The notes below the pieces were generated by a model. The model had not been told where the DNA came from. It saw only the letters and a program-made list of their open reading frames with translations, and searched no databases. A DNA stretch of 64,000 nt from Octopus sinensis (lineage: Eukaryota). The position numbers and the translations under genes were made by a program. Position 1 is the first letter of the stretch, and each line of letters begins with the position of its first letter. The stretch is from positions 32,984,001-33,048,000 of the forward strand of contig NC_042999.1 in assembly GCF_006345805.1 (NCBI RefSeq), given 5' to 3'. Below, in pieces: positions 1 to 13,239 of this stretch.

Positions 1-397
1 GAGAAGAAGAAGAAGAAGAAGAAGAAGAAGGAGAAGAAGAAGAAGGAGAGGAAGAAGGAGAAGAAGAAGAAGAAGGAGAAGAAGAAGGAGAAGAGGAAGA
101 AGAAGAAGAAGAAGAAGGAGAAGTAGAAGGAGAAGAAGTAGAAGGAGAAGAGGAGGAGTAGAAGGAGAAGAGAAGAAGGAGAAGTAGAAGAAGAAGAAGA
201 AGAAGAAGGAGAAGAAGAAGAAGAAGAAGAAGAAGGAGAAGAAGAAGGAGAAGAAGAAGAATAAGGAGAAGAAGAAGGAGAAGAAGAAGAAGTAGAAGAA
301 GTAGAAGAAGGAGAAGAAGAAGGAGAAGAAGAAGAAAAAGAAGAAGAAGAAGAAGTAGAAGGAGAAGAAGTAGAAGGAGAAGAGGAGGAGTAGAAGG

Positions 398-428
<31 letters not shown>

Positions 429-527
429 GAAGAAGAAGAAGGAGAAGAAGAAGGAGAAGAAGAAGAAGAAGGAGAAGAAGAAGGAGAAGAAGAAGAAGAA
501 GAAGGAGAAGAAGAAGGAGAAGAAGAA

Positions 528-562
<35 letters not shown>

Positions 563-773
563 AGGAGAAGTAGAAGGAGAAGAAGAAGAAGTAGAAGAAG
601 AAGAAGGAGAAGAAGTAGAAGAGGAAGAAGAAGAAGAAGAAGAAGGAGAAGAAGAAGAAGAAGAAGAAGAAGGAGAGGAAGAAGGAGAAGAAGAAGAAGA
701 AGGAGAAGAAGAAGGAGAAGAAGAAGAAGAAGAAGAAGAAGAAGAGAAGAAGAAGAAGAAGAAGAGGAAGAAG
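1..773 (+). repeat. (GAA)n polypurine microsatellite with GGA/GTA variants
   Basis: Continuous gaa/gga/gta triplets from the window start to about 773. Confidence 0.98.
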
Positions 774-824
774 ACTTTCAAAGTCTCAAAATCACGAATT
801 TTGGTAAAAGAACTTCTGTTTGTG

Positions 825-975
825 GACAGGGGTTAGTCGATTAACCCCATGTTATCAAATGGAACTTATTTTATCGAACGTGAAAGGTTGATAGGAGAAT
901 CTAACATTGGCAGCATTTGTCAATAAACTAACTGAAGAAATTGTGCCAAGAACTTTAAAAGATAGGCGCAATCGA
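825..975 (-). mobile_element. Degenerate cephalopod-type SINE fragment
   Basis: ggggttagtcgattaacccc...acttattttatcgaacgtgaaagg resembles, in reverse orientation, the SINE body at 30598-30828. Confidence 0.4.
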
Positions 976-1504
976 TTCTAACAACTAGCCGCCATAAACG
1001 AATATTGTATATGATTTCTAAAGCTACATGGAGGCAACAAGTACAGATCGATGCTTGTTTTCACACGCTGCTTTAACATTATTACGAACCATGATTGTTC
1101 ATAATGTTTTGCGTGATTATATGACCTAATTTGGTTGTAATAGTGGTGTCTAACTTTTAAATTCATTAGAAAACAAACACACAAAAAAGACGATCTATAG
1201 TTCTGCATCCGAAAACGTAGAGTGAAAGTAGAAACAGAGTCAATCACAGAAAAATTTTCGAACCAATTCCGCAAATGTTACCTGTTAGATAGATTGCCTA
1301 TCAAATTTCTCAAACAGGTCACCGAAATGTTATATTTTTAATGTTATTAAAAAAGAAACAGACTGATTTATTTTCTAAGTCAATGACATTTGCAACTGTT
1401 ACTGTTGGCAGTATTAACGAACAGAATGTTACATATGTCAACATTGGACGATGAATAGAAAATGATAGATGGAATCTAAGACACAATGTATGATACGATG
1501 GCAT

Positions 1505-3578
1505 TATTTGATGCCGACTTTGTTAATGGCTAGTGTTTCGAGGATCCATGTGTGGGGGATGCTATCAAACGCCTTTTTGTAGTCAATCCAGTCCATACTG
1601 AGGCCTTTCTTCTTTCTGTGGCTGTCTTCAGTTATGGCTTTATTAATCATTAGTTGATCTTTACAGCCATATGAGCCTTTGCGGCATCCTTTCTGCTCTT
1701 CTGGGAACAGTTTGTTTTCGTCCAGGTGCTTGTTCAGCCTTTGTGATATCACTGCAGTAAATGCCTTGAACATAGTAGGGAGGCAGGTTATTGTCTGTAG
1801 TTTTCTGGTTTTTCTGTTTCATTTGATTTGGGAATTAAGATGGTTTTCCCCTTCGTGAGCCATTCAGGCATTGTCTCTGGCTCTGCTAGTACTTTGTTAA
1901 AGTTTTCAGCCAGCTTTTTGTGCATTCCTGTTAGATATTTCAACCAGAAGTTGGAGATCTTGTCATGCCCAGGTGCCTTCCAGTTGCTTAGTCTTTGCAG
2001 TGCCTGGGTGACCTCTTCAGTTGTTATGGGGGCCAAAGTTGTTCAGATGCCTAGTTTGTTATTCTGATACTCCTTTTTTTTGGCTGTTCGTTCGCCGACC
2101 ATATTTCTCCCCAGAATTCTTCCAATTCTTCTGCCGTTGGTGCTGCAGTGACTTCTATTTTATTTTTTCCCAGTTCTTGGTAGAACTTTTGGGGGTTAGA
2201 TTTGAACTTTTTGTTTTCTTCAAAGAAGCGTTGGCGTTTCTTGTACCGGCGGATCCTTTGTGCTTTGGCAAGGATATCTTGCTTCAGCTTTTATTTTATT
2301 TCAGGCAAATCTTCCTCTGTGATGTTATATTTGCGGAGTATTTTTGTTCTCTTTTTGTTGCTCAGTAGCGTTGCTTGTTTGATGATTTCATTAAGAATCG
2401 ACAGGTCTTTTCTAAATTTTTAAATTTTGCTTTGGATGTTATTTATCCACAGGGTTTGTTTGGGTGGTGGTACTCCTGTTTGGGCGGGTTTGGGTGAGTA
2501 TCCAGCTTCTTTTGTGGCTGCAGTGGCTGCTGCGTATATCAAGTCATTTAGTTCAGTGATATCACTTTTTTTTGTTTCAGTGGCTAGTTCAGTGACGGCT
2601 AGGTTTATGCTGTTTATAATTGGTGTTGTTATTTCGTTTATTTTTATTCTTGGGAGGTATGGTCGGTGGTCCATTTTGTGCTCTGTGGTTTTCAGTTCTT
2701 TGATTATTTTATTTCTTATATTATCATAATCATTAGGCTCCCCTTCGTTGTTTACATCGTGTTTGTTGGGAATGTTGCGTTTGTCTTCGTGTTTTACAGT
2801 TTCAGTGTTTATATTATTGGGCATTGTTGTGTGGCTTCTATCTACATTTTCCTGGTGTATGTTTTCTTTTAGGTGTTCTATTTCTATTTCTGATATTTTT
2901 TTTGTGTTGAGAATGTATCTTCGTACGTTAGCTAATTTATTAGGGTTCATTGCTGTATCCAAGTCTATATCTCTATTATTTTCCTTCCATATTTTATATG
3001 TATGTGTTGTTGTATTTTCATTTTTTGGGTAGAGTACTGCTGTGAAGTATGCGTGTAAGATAGAAATGTAATCCTCACGTGTCCATTACGTCTTTTGGGT
3101 TTTATTTGCGGGACATGAGGTACAACGTCCGGCCCATTATTTTGACGGTCGTCATTTTCGTAGGGTACCGGTCTGTTATTTCTGTTGTCACATTATTTCG
3201 CACGTGTAGTTTTTCGTACATTTTTTGTTGTAAGTTTAATGTACGTACCGCTCGATTGTTATTCTTGGGTTGAATAGTATCGGTGGCATTTAATTTCTTC
3301 GTAGTTCCTTTGTACATGGTGTTTGGGGTCGGAGATGATCGTGATGTTCCACGCATGTTTACATGTGTTGCGTTAGAGGCGGAGATGATATCGAGTCAAA
3401 ATACATCATTTCGTTTCGAAAATAGTAATAAATTTCAATTAGTATTACTTACTCGGATACAGTCCAATTCTTTGTTAGTAAAACTTTGGCTCCATAGGAT
3501 GTCCTTGTTTTCGATGTTTGTGGATAGATTTCGGAGCTCTGAATTTTCCTTCTTACATCTTAAACGTCCCCGGTGTTC
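1505..3578 (-). mobile_element. R4/Dong-clade non-LTR retrotransposon, 5' half (5' UTR, N-terminus, start of RT), 3'-truncated and disrupted
   Basis: Minus-strand ORF pieces: NKLANVRRYILN...ITELNDLIYAAATA (2420-2962), WKAPGHDKISNFWLK (1788-2036), EEQKGCRKGSYGCKDQLMINK...WIDYKKAFDSIPHTWI (1504-1773). Frameshift near 1788. The 5' end abuts (TAA)n on the minus strand. Confidence 0.85.
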
Positions 3579-3582
3579 TCTC

Positions 3583-3638
<56 letters not shown>

Positions 3639-3898
3639 TTTATGATCATAGTAATAATAATAGTAATAATGATAATAATAATAATAATAACAATAATGAA
3701 AATAATAATAATGATAATAATAATGATAATAATAATGATGATAATAATGACAATAATAATGATGATAATAATGACAATAATGATAATAATAATAATAATA
3801 GTAATAATAATAACAATAATAATGATAATAATAATAATAATAATAATAATATGATGATGATGATGATAATAATAGTAATAATAATAACAATAATAATG

Positions 3899-3929
<31 letters not shown>

Positions 3930-3943
3930 TGATGATGATGATG

Positions 3944-3983
<40 letters not shown>

Positions 3984-4026
3984 TAATAATAATAATAATA
4001 ATAACAATAATAATAATAATAATAAT
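3583..4026. repeat. (TTA)n followed by (TAA/TGA/CAA)n, an inverted microsatellite pair
   Basis: TTA tract at 3583-3638, palindrome TATGATCATA at 3641-3650, then an AAT-type tract to about 4026. Confidence 0.95.
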
Positions 4027-4560
4027 AAATATTCAGACCAACACATAACAAAAACACCAGGACTTACATACACATATAACATACAGAAATACCAAAAGAT
4101 GGTATAGTTACACACCAGTAAAGGTCACCGAAAACTAGAAAGCAATCATACTCTGGGATATGCCAATACACACAGATAGAGATCATGAAGAAAAAAAAAT
4201 GTTTTCTAATTTATGTATCAATACCGGCAGATGACAACGTGTCTCTAAAAGAAATTGAGAAACTTTCAAAATACAAAGACCTGGAAATAGAGGTAACCAG
4301 AATGTGGAATCTAAAAACAGAAACAATTCCTATCATAATATGTGCAGTAGGCATGATAAAAAATATTCAGACAAATACATAACAAAAACACCAGGACTTA
4401 CAAACACATATAACATACAGAAAATTGCACTACTATGCACTGCACACATCCTACGCAGAACACTTTCCATACAATAACCATTCAGAGCATCACAACAAAT
4501 CACAGCACATACCCAAGTCACACAGAGCTGCGCTCGGTGGTGAAGTGAAAGCACGATATA
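4027..4560 (+). mobile_element. R4/Dong-clade LINE 3' end (restriction-like endonuclease region and 3' UTR)
   Basis: KCFLIYVSIPADDNVSLKEIEKLSKYKDLEIEVTRMWNLKTETIPIII (4185-4382), then IQKIALL..AHILRRTLSIQ; followed by (AAT)n. Confidence 0.85.
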
Positions 4561-4579
4561 AAAATATACTACTGAATAA

Positions 4580-4634
4580 TATTATAATAATAATAATAAT
4601 AATAACAATAATAATAATAATAAATAATAATAAT

Positions 4635-4667
<33 letters not shown>

Positions 4668-4717
4668 AATAATAATAATAATAATAATAATATAATAATA
4701 ATAATAATAATAATAAT
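4580..4717 (+). repeat. (AAT)n tract at the 3' end of the R4/Dong fragment
   Basis: Direct reading of the sequence. Confidence 0.95.
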
Positions 4718-5045
4718 TAGGCCATCCTGTTCAAAAGGTCCCTGAATAAGGGTTGTTTCAGGATGTTCAACGAACTACCCATACTGCCAAATGTGAATTA
4801 TCCAAACACCAAAGAATTCCCTTCAACATATGCCTACGATGCTCCCCCTCTACGTCTGCTCGTGATCAGAGATGCTCATATCGTCACCCAATAAGTCACA
4901 TGCTTAGCATGCGGGGGACAAACAATATATTGTATCAAATAGATTATTTGATGTAGCACATCTGTTATACCAAGTCAAAACAATGTACATGATAACACTT
5001 CCAATCAGTTAAGATCAGAAGCCATGAGGGTCCCTGCCTGGTACT
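4718..5045. repeat. Probable interspersed repeat, unclassified
   Basis: ctgctcgtgatcagagatg...ccaatcagttaagatcagaagccatgag is recalled as a frequent octopus repeat; no second copy in this window. Confidence 0.35.
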
Positions 5046-5049
5046 GCAG

Positions 5050-5650
5050 CTATCTAATATTTTCTCGATCTAATAATAACCTTTTTGCAATAGTTCTCCT
5101 GGGTACTTTATTCCAATTTCCTTTATATCCCTCTTAATCCTTCTGATACTACTCCCAAGGACTCAACTATAATTGGTTCTAACTTCACCTTTATTTTCCA
5201 TAGCTAGGATATTTCGTACTTAAAACAGTTTTATGTGTCTATTTCTTCACCTTCCTTTTTGAATATTCGTGGGTCAAAGAGGCATGCAACATCAACTATA
5301 TAGCATATGTGGAGCACCTTGTCTACCACCACTAAGCCCGGTCTGCTAGACTCTAGCACCAGAACTGTTTGAATTGGGAAATACCAGTGGGTTTTGCTAG
5401 TCTCCGTCCCCGCTACTCTCTACGGTGTGCGCTCATTTTACGTCTTGCCTCTCTCTTGCCCCTACTTTTCGTACAGTTTTCAATGTAGGACTTTCGCTAC
5501 GTGATCATGTCGACAGAACGTCTAGCGGTTCAGGGCAAGCCTGGTGCATTCGTACGTCATATGAGCAATGATTTCATCCACTCTATTGCAGATGCGGCAC
5601 TGCGGAGACTCTTGCTCATCTCTAAGGTTCACACGCCCAGTCCATGACCA
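5050..5650 (-). mobile_element. R4/Dong-like LINE C-terminus (CCHC knuckle and REL endonuclease), decayed
   Basis: Manual minus-strand translation: QCRICNRVDEIIAHMTYECTRLA..RHDHVAKVLH and HWYFPIQT..SRPGLVVVDK..CYIVDVACLFDPRI, with several stops. Confidence 0.75.
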
Positions 5651-6487
5651 TATCATTATTAATAATATTATCATAATTTGAGTCTGTTCGTGGCCTGTAA
5701 GTTTGCTTTAAAATTTGTTGTTTTATTAGTTACCGTTCCAAACTTTATTGAACTGTTAACTAAATTCCAAAGGTCGTTTCAAGCGCTGCGAGCTGCTCTA
5801 GTGAAATTTACCCTTTAAAAGCGAATTTTGATATTTAAAATAGCAAATATATTATTTCAAAACAAACAAAACAATATCGATATAGCTTCCCAGATCGAGA
5901 GAAGCAAAGGCTGTTTGAACAGCCGCTATGACATTGTTTTCCCACGACCATTTCATGTGGTTGGAAAATGAAGCACAGACGGCTGTTGCCGCAGCAACGA
6001 CGCCTACAATATCAACAACAGGAGAAGCAGCAACGAATACGATATGTTTTAAAATATTGCAAGTACAACCTCCACAAATGTCCCGAATACCACCACCACC
6101 ACTAGGAATACCATTATCATAAACATTATTAAAACTACGACAGCACCTGTTCTTTTTCTGAGGAGATTGGGAACTGTTTTGCACGAACCCATAGAAATTA
6201 GAAAAGGTCAAGCTGTCAGAAGAACTTTTAAGACATGCTAAGACACAGTTAACAAAGAAAGGTAGAACAATCTTCCTTCACACACAGGATTAAGTGTAAG
6301 AAAACACTACGAACAGAAACGGTAATATATAAAGGCATTGCGATGAAGGTCAGGAGACTGCAGCGAGCGACGCAGGCTCTTATAAAAAAAATCCCTGAGA
6401 CCGATCTAGAGTTTAAAGAATAATATACGTTGTCCACTTGAAAACTGTCGGCTACAAAAACCACAAAGCTTCATTAGAGGTCCTTTT

Positions 6488-6566
<79 letters not shown>

Positions 6567-6569
<3 letters not shown>

Positions 6570-7690
6570 GTATATAAAAGGCAGGATGTTTGGGGTAGGA
6601 AAATCGTCACGACCCTAGCTAGGTTTTATCAACTTATTTTTCCCGACGCACCTGCGGCTAACGGCAAAAATCGATTTTCAACCTTAACTTTTACAAATTT
6701 CCGCGGCGGTGAAATCTAATATGAGTTAAGTCACCTGTCTAGCAATGTCGAGGAAGGAAAAAAAAGGGTAAATTTTTAGATTAACACCCGCAAGGTTTTC
6801 ACTAAGAAAAAAGAAAAAAACTCGGATTTTTTGCGTGGAATCAAGTACCCTGACTCCTTAATATGCTGCAAATCCCAAATCCCTTATTTTGGTTTGGAGA
6901 AAGATAGAGTAGGGTGAGGCCCCCCATTCCGGAATCATTGGACTCTTTTTTCGTTGAATGAATTTCTGTGAGCTCCTAATGTGCTACAAAACCGGTTTGG
7001 GGTCCGGAAACGGGATGGGAGTGAGGTTGAATCCTCAGAAATTTCAACTCCACCCCCATTTGGTCTTTTTACCCATGTGATTTTCACTACGTGATATCAA
7101 GTACCCTGATCTCCTAATATGTTGCAAATCCCTTATTTTCGTTCGAAAAAAATGGGTGGGGCGATTCTGCAGAACTGGGTTAGGTGTGAAAACCAACTTT
7201 AAAGTATAAATACAGATTTTTGGAGTCAGCAATGTAGTATTCGGTTAAGTCCTATTTGGGTTAAATTCAATAAATTGATTCCTTATGGGGATTTCCATTC
7301 AATCAGGATGAAAAATCGATAAAATGATTCCGTATAGGATTTCTCAATAAACTTGGCTACACCCCATTTTCAACCATAATCTTTACCAAATTTGATGTAT
7401 TTTCTTCAAACTTGATGCCAGCGTTACTTAGGATCCATGGGATATTGGAATGCTTTAAGGTCTCTCCCCCACCACCAAAAAAAATACAATCGATGAGTGG
7501 AAAAATCGATGAACCGATTCCTTATGGGATTTCAAATTGCCTGCAAACCAATTTCAGCCAAACCCTTACCAATTTCAACGGATTTCTCTCAAATTTGACG
7601 TCAGTGTTAATTAGTTTGGTTTAACACAAATCGCTTGATTATCTTAATAATCTTACTTAATCCCGGTTAACCCCGGGCTTACTGCCCTGT
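6567..7690 (+). mobile_element. Putative non-autonomous Helitron
   Basis: Begins TC(tgtatataaaagg) within (TA)n. Ends with hairpin CCCGG-ttaacc-CCGGG (7662-7677) about 10 nt before a degenerate 3' end (no clean CTRR). Internal repeats at 6839 and 7095. Confidence 0.45.
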
Positions 7691-7721
7691 ATATATATAT
7701 ATACATATATAGGGAGAGTGT

Positions 7722-7760
<39 letters not shown>

Positions 7761-7799
7761 GATTAAATAACATAACAAAAATGTACCAGTGTCGCTTCA

Positions 7800-8048
7800 G
7801 AATAGCTCTACCTGCGACGATTTCATCTCAATCGAAGGAGAGGAGCTTTCTCCGCCCGGGTTGCGGATCCGTGGAACAAGCTGCCAGACGAGATGGTGAA
7901 GATGCCGACGACCGCTTTGTTCAAAGCCTCCCTGGACCTCAAGTGGCCTGAACTCTTTACATGAACACCACTCTGTACTTAACTCCATGTCCCCCTATAT
8001 GGCCTTGCTATTTGCTTTTGAGCCAAATTAACTAACTAACTAACTAAC
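7800..8048 (+). mobile_element. 5'-truncated copy of the CR1/L2-group LINE at 35951-40590
   Basis: Three mismatches by eye over about 245 bp to the reverse complement of 35951-36200; same (TAAC)n tail. Confidence 0.93.
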
Positions 8049-8499
8049 ACTGAGGAAATATATATATGTGTGTGTGTGTGTGTATGTGTGTGTATGTGTA
8101 TGTGTGTGTGTGTTTGTCTGTGTATGTGTGTTTGTGTAGATGCTGAAATATGATAAAACACATTGGGGCAAATTGTTGAAATACATGCAATATAATGAAT
8201 AGCATGAATAACAGGAATTCATATTGCATTGTCCATTACATTGGGAGAGTGTAAACCAAGGCAATATGATATTCAGGAAAGCAGGTATTTGTAAGTATAA
8301 AAATACATACTCAGTAAATGGTATCACATATTCCATGATAATTCATAATTATTGTACGATGAGAAGAATACTAAATAGAAAACTATAGATTTCTCAAAAG
8401 GGGAAAGTGCATTTCAAAGTACATTTGCTGTATTCAATATGGCTGTTTAGTAATTCACCAGGCTATATACATATATACATGTGTGTGTGTATGTGTACT

Positions 8500-9060
<561 letters not shown>

Positions 9061-9236
9061 TCTATACTTAATGTATTTGTATATGTGAGAATATATCGGG
9101 ATGTGTACTTGTACTGAACAGAGTTTTATAGCATCATGTCCTTCCATTCAAAAATTACTATCAGTACATTTTAAATTTTCATTCTTGAATTACTTTCCTC
9201 CTTCACTATCTCCTTTATGAGATCTATGTAATTCTC

Positions 9237-9302
<66 letters not shown>

Positions 9303-10013
9303 ATCCTTCCAGTTTGGCTGCGCCGTTGGAAATCTTTAATATTAGTCAAAATTCTCGAATTTGATGCATTGATGGAAATTTCCACACAGAACATTTAGGA
9401 CTAATTTAATTTTTGCAAAAAAAAAAACACTTTTTAAAAATTTTACCTATGATTAAAACCTGATAATTTTTACTGAATCAGAAAACAGCATCTGGGAGCT
9501 GTTATTTTTGCGGGAGTATACGTTTTGTCTACTTTTAACAAATGAAATATTGACGGAACGCTGCTTTACGAAAGCCAAGTGCCCCACTCAAATAATTTTT
9601 CTTTATTTTGCGAATGTATATTCTACACACGGAAGTTTATACGATGCTGGAAAAACAACTGGAAAAATGTGGTGCGTGGTTTAAGACTACTTACCTTTTA
9701 TTTCTAGCACATGTCCCGACCACATCATATATCGTGTGTTCTAAGCATTTGATAAGAGAGAAATGACCACGTGGGTAAGCAGCTTGGTAACAGCTTAGCT
9801 TGTTACACGCATGTATGTGTATTTCGATCGGTCAAATTTTATCCAAACATGGAAAGTTTAAAAGCTATTAAGTCATTATTTAATGATTTATGGCGAAAAT
9901 CAATTACGTGTAAATGATTACCATACAAAACTACGCCAATACACCAAATATAAAATGACTTGGCCCACGGTCTAACGGAATTGACAAGTGGTAGACAGCC
10001 AAACACAAAAATG

Positions 10014-10056
<43 letters not shown>

Positions 10057-10143
10057 TAGATAGATAGATAGATAGATAGATGGAGAGATGGAGAGATAGG
10101 GAGATAGATAGATAGACAGATAGACAGACAGATAGATAGATAA

Positions 10144-10184
<41 letters not shown>

Positions 10185-10689
10185 CAGACAGATACGTAGA
10201 TACATAGATGCATAGATAGATATGTATATATATTTTTGTATATCTATCTATACATATATAAACGGCAGTCTCTTTGGATGTATGTTTTTTGTGTCAAGTT
10301 GCCGTTTAAACTTATTAATAAATCTACGTGAAACTTTGGGTACATGTTAAATTAACATACAGTTTGTTACTAGGCTCATAGCAGTTTAATAAAAAAAATC
10401 TATAATCATACTGCTACAGCCCTTGAAAGGTGTTGCCCAGTATTGTCCATTAACGACCAAGGAGAATTAACCCATTCAGTTGTCTTTATAAATCAAGTTG
10501 AGTATGTTTATTTCTTAGTATTTGAAATGTTACGGTTATTTTCACACTTTACCCAGAACAACCCTTAAACAAATAAATTGTATTTTGCCTAACATTAAAT
10601 CCACTTATTTCCGTTAGGGAGTTATTAACGAATATACCATGAATAACCATGCTTTTCAGGTCACTTCAACCAATTGACAGGACCTGCAT

Positions 10690-11010
10690 GAAGAAATGGT
10701 GTTAGGCTATTCAACAATTCAACTTGATAATTCATAGCTTCATCAATGTTGAGTACAGCGTCAAAGAAATTGTAGATATGACACTCACCAGGCAACTGTT
10801 CCAGAAGTTTCATTTTCAAGTCATCAATTGACACACTCTTTGGAGCTAAAATGGCACGGTTTTTCAGCCAGTTATGTTCTGTAAACTGATTCCTCAGGTT
10901 AGGAAATATCTTATTCATTAGTTCCTTTAAATCAGATACCATATATTCAAAAGGCATATTTACCCGTTCATCCTTCTCGCCAACTGAGAAGGCGGGAGAG
11001 GTATGCAGTA
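10690..11010 (-). mobile_element. Helitron PIF1-type helicase fragment
   Basis: IFPNL...WLKNRAILAPK..SIDDL..KLLEQLPGECHIY....V...DEAMNY.VELLNSLTP matches the conserved Helitron RepHel helicase segment. Confidence 0.85.
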
Positions 11011-11039
11011 ATATGCAGAAATTGTGCCAAATTTTGGTA

Positions 11040-11365
11040 TTGAATGCTACACCAATGCCCGAACGCTCGACACTGCTCTGTGTCACATATTATACCAATG
11101 TCATCGCGCTTCACGACCAAGTACTTCAACAGCCATTGTTTCAGGAGCCCACAGCTTTTTAATATTCTCCCAAAGAGCCTGGGGTTCCTACACAAATTAA
11201 ACTGGACCTCTTCCTGTCGAGAGTCCCAGATAATCCTACATATAAGCAAGACGTGTAAATGAGCGTAGCGATATCAAACTCCCTTATTCAGCAAATGCCA
11301 CATATTAGAGGAGGCTCTCAATAATAACAGTGCCCCAGCATGACCGCAGCTCTGAGCAAAAACTA
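11040..11365 (+). mobile_element. LINE 3' end fragment (CR1/L2-like)
   Basis: FRSPQLFNILPKSL...KLDLFLSRVPDNP...SNSLIQQM resembles a LINE ORF2 C-terminus; decayed. Confidence 0.6.
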
Positions 11366-11400
11366 TAATATATATATATATATTTGTACACTCACACATA

Positions 11401-12290
11401 CAAGGTGGGTGAAAAGAGAGTAGGCATTAAAAATTGATAATAAAATCCATATTCCTTTTACAAATTCATTAACACAAATGATACGAAAATGAAAGCAAAT
11501 CAGCATATTTCAGCTCAAGCAACGGTGTCGTCAACCACTTCCTCCAAACGGCCATGGATGGAACGAACAGTCTTCTGAAGGACGTCATCTGGGATATCAT
11601 TGAGTGCATCCTTATTCCATATCACCAAGTGACCCGAGCCTCCGATGTCTTGTACATCTCGTGTTGTGTTACCTCGTGTTGCGTTAACCTACAGGTAAAA
11701 ATCTTATGGAGTGAGATCTGAAAATCTTGGAGTTCTTGACTTCTGGAATTCTGCGATCACAGTCTTTAGGTTTTATCTTCTGTGCGTAATGGTCTTCTCC
11801 CGGACAAAAATTCAATTCTTTATGCAACACGATACGTATTGTGCGTTTTGTTATTCCACTTTCAAGAACTGCTTGACGTGTTGATTTGTGGTTGTTGCGA
11901 TTAAGCATTTCCTGCACTGTTGCCACGTTTCCGCTGGTTAGGATGTGGTTGGACGGCCACATCTTGCATCGTCTACAGAACCCGTTGTCATTAGATTTGC
12001 ATGACAACTTTTTAATATCTCCGGACGTAGCGTTGCATGTTTACCTTTCTATGGATGCCACCATCTCTGAATCAAAACAATGGAATTCTACACTCCATAG
12101 CGTGCTGCTGTCTTAGCCCTCTCTGGAACAATCAAGCGACCGGCCATCTGGAAAATAATAAAGAAGACAAGAAGAAAATAAATAATCTCCATTGGTGTTG
12201 TCTGTTTAAAAAATGTTTTAATCATGACTTCAGTACTACTAAAAATTATATAAGCAATATCCAATGCCTAGTTATTTCTCACCCACCTTG
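11401..12290 (-). mobile_element. Internally deleted Tc1/mariner-family DNA transposon
   Basis: 28 bp TIRs CAAGGTGGGTGA...TAGGCATT at 11401-11428 and 12263-12290 (23/28 identical). TA on the left, TG on the right. Transposase remnants (HKSTRQAVLESG.TKRTIR.VLHKELNF; PR.SDLTP.DFYL). Confidence 0.85.
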
Positions 12291-13151
12291 TGTGTGTTTT
12301 GTGTGTGTGTATATGTGTGTGTGTGTGTATGTGTGTGTGTGTTTTATATATTGTTACGAACGAGAAAGTATCTGAATATAATTTCGGATGGTACTACGCA
12401 GATTAGAACACAACTTTCTACTTTTGCAAGGGAAGAGGTAATTAATCCTACTGAAAACAATTTGTGAAGATGTATCTGGAGGAGGAGAGGTTGGCTCTCA
12501 TACTTGCAGTGTAACAAACACAAATTATGTGTCGTTAAACAGCTGGACAATATATTTTCCTGGGGTTAGAATGTAGTAACCTTGCCTGCATGGAACAGCC
12601 TCGTAAAAGTCTTAACAAATGCTACTCTTTAGTACTGATATGACGTAAATATTCACAGATTTTAAAACTAGCTACTTTAGATTGTTGCAAGATCAGCGGC
12701 TGATTGTCGCCTCTTCGATTACATATTTCGTTTTACTTTGAAATTGGTGTAATTATATATAATCTCTTGTAATAAGCATCTACGGTATGTAGGAAAAGTT
12801 TTTACATATAATTATATAACACTTTATGTACGTCAAAAAATAGGGATGACATGCTTCTTACATGATATAAAAATCTGTGTAAAAGTCATGAAGCTAAAAT
12901 AATTATAGAACAAATTACAAACATTAATTCGAAAGTTAGCTATAGCATACGTAAAATGATTTATATCATGAAACATAAACGGATTTATTCTTGCATAACA
13001 TTAAATCTAGTCAAAGGAACGTTATCGTCTATCAAATAATTCCAAAAGCATGATGCAATTTATCGCATAAATGAGATCTTATGTACAATCTAATGTAAAA
13101 TCACTCCGAAGTTATGCTTTCTTTTTAGTTTCTGCTTTCCAAAACGATTGA

Positions 13152-13224
<73 letters not shown>

Positions 13225-13239
13225 AAAATGGATTAGAAA

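Noticed and set aside
3380-3578. HDV-like ribozyme at the R4 5' end
   Set aside because: Such ribozymes are known in related LINEs, but the nested pseudoknot could not be assembled by eye; it needs a descriptor search.
3435-4115. Long poly-L/Y/N/I ORFs
   Set aside because: They are translations of TTA/TAA microsatellites.
10245-10420. Helitron 5' end belonging to the helicase fragment at 10690-11010
   Set aside because: The TC-start motif is on the plus strand while the helicase is on the minus strand, so they cannot be linked.
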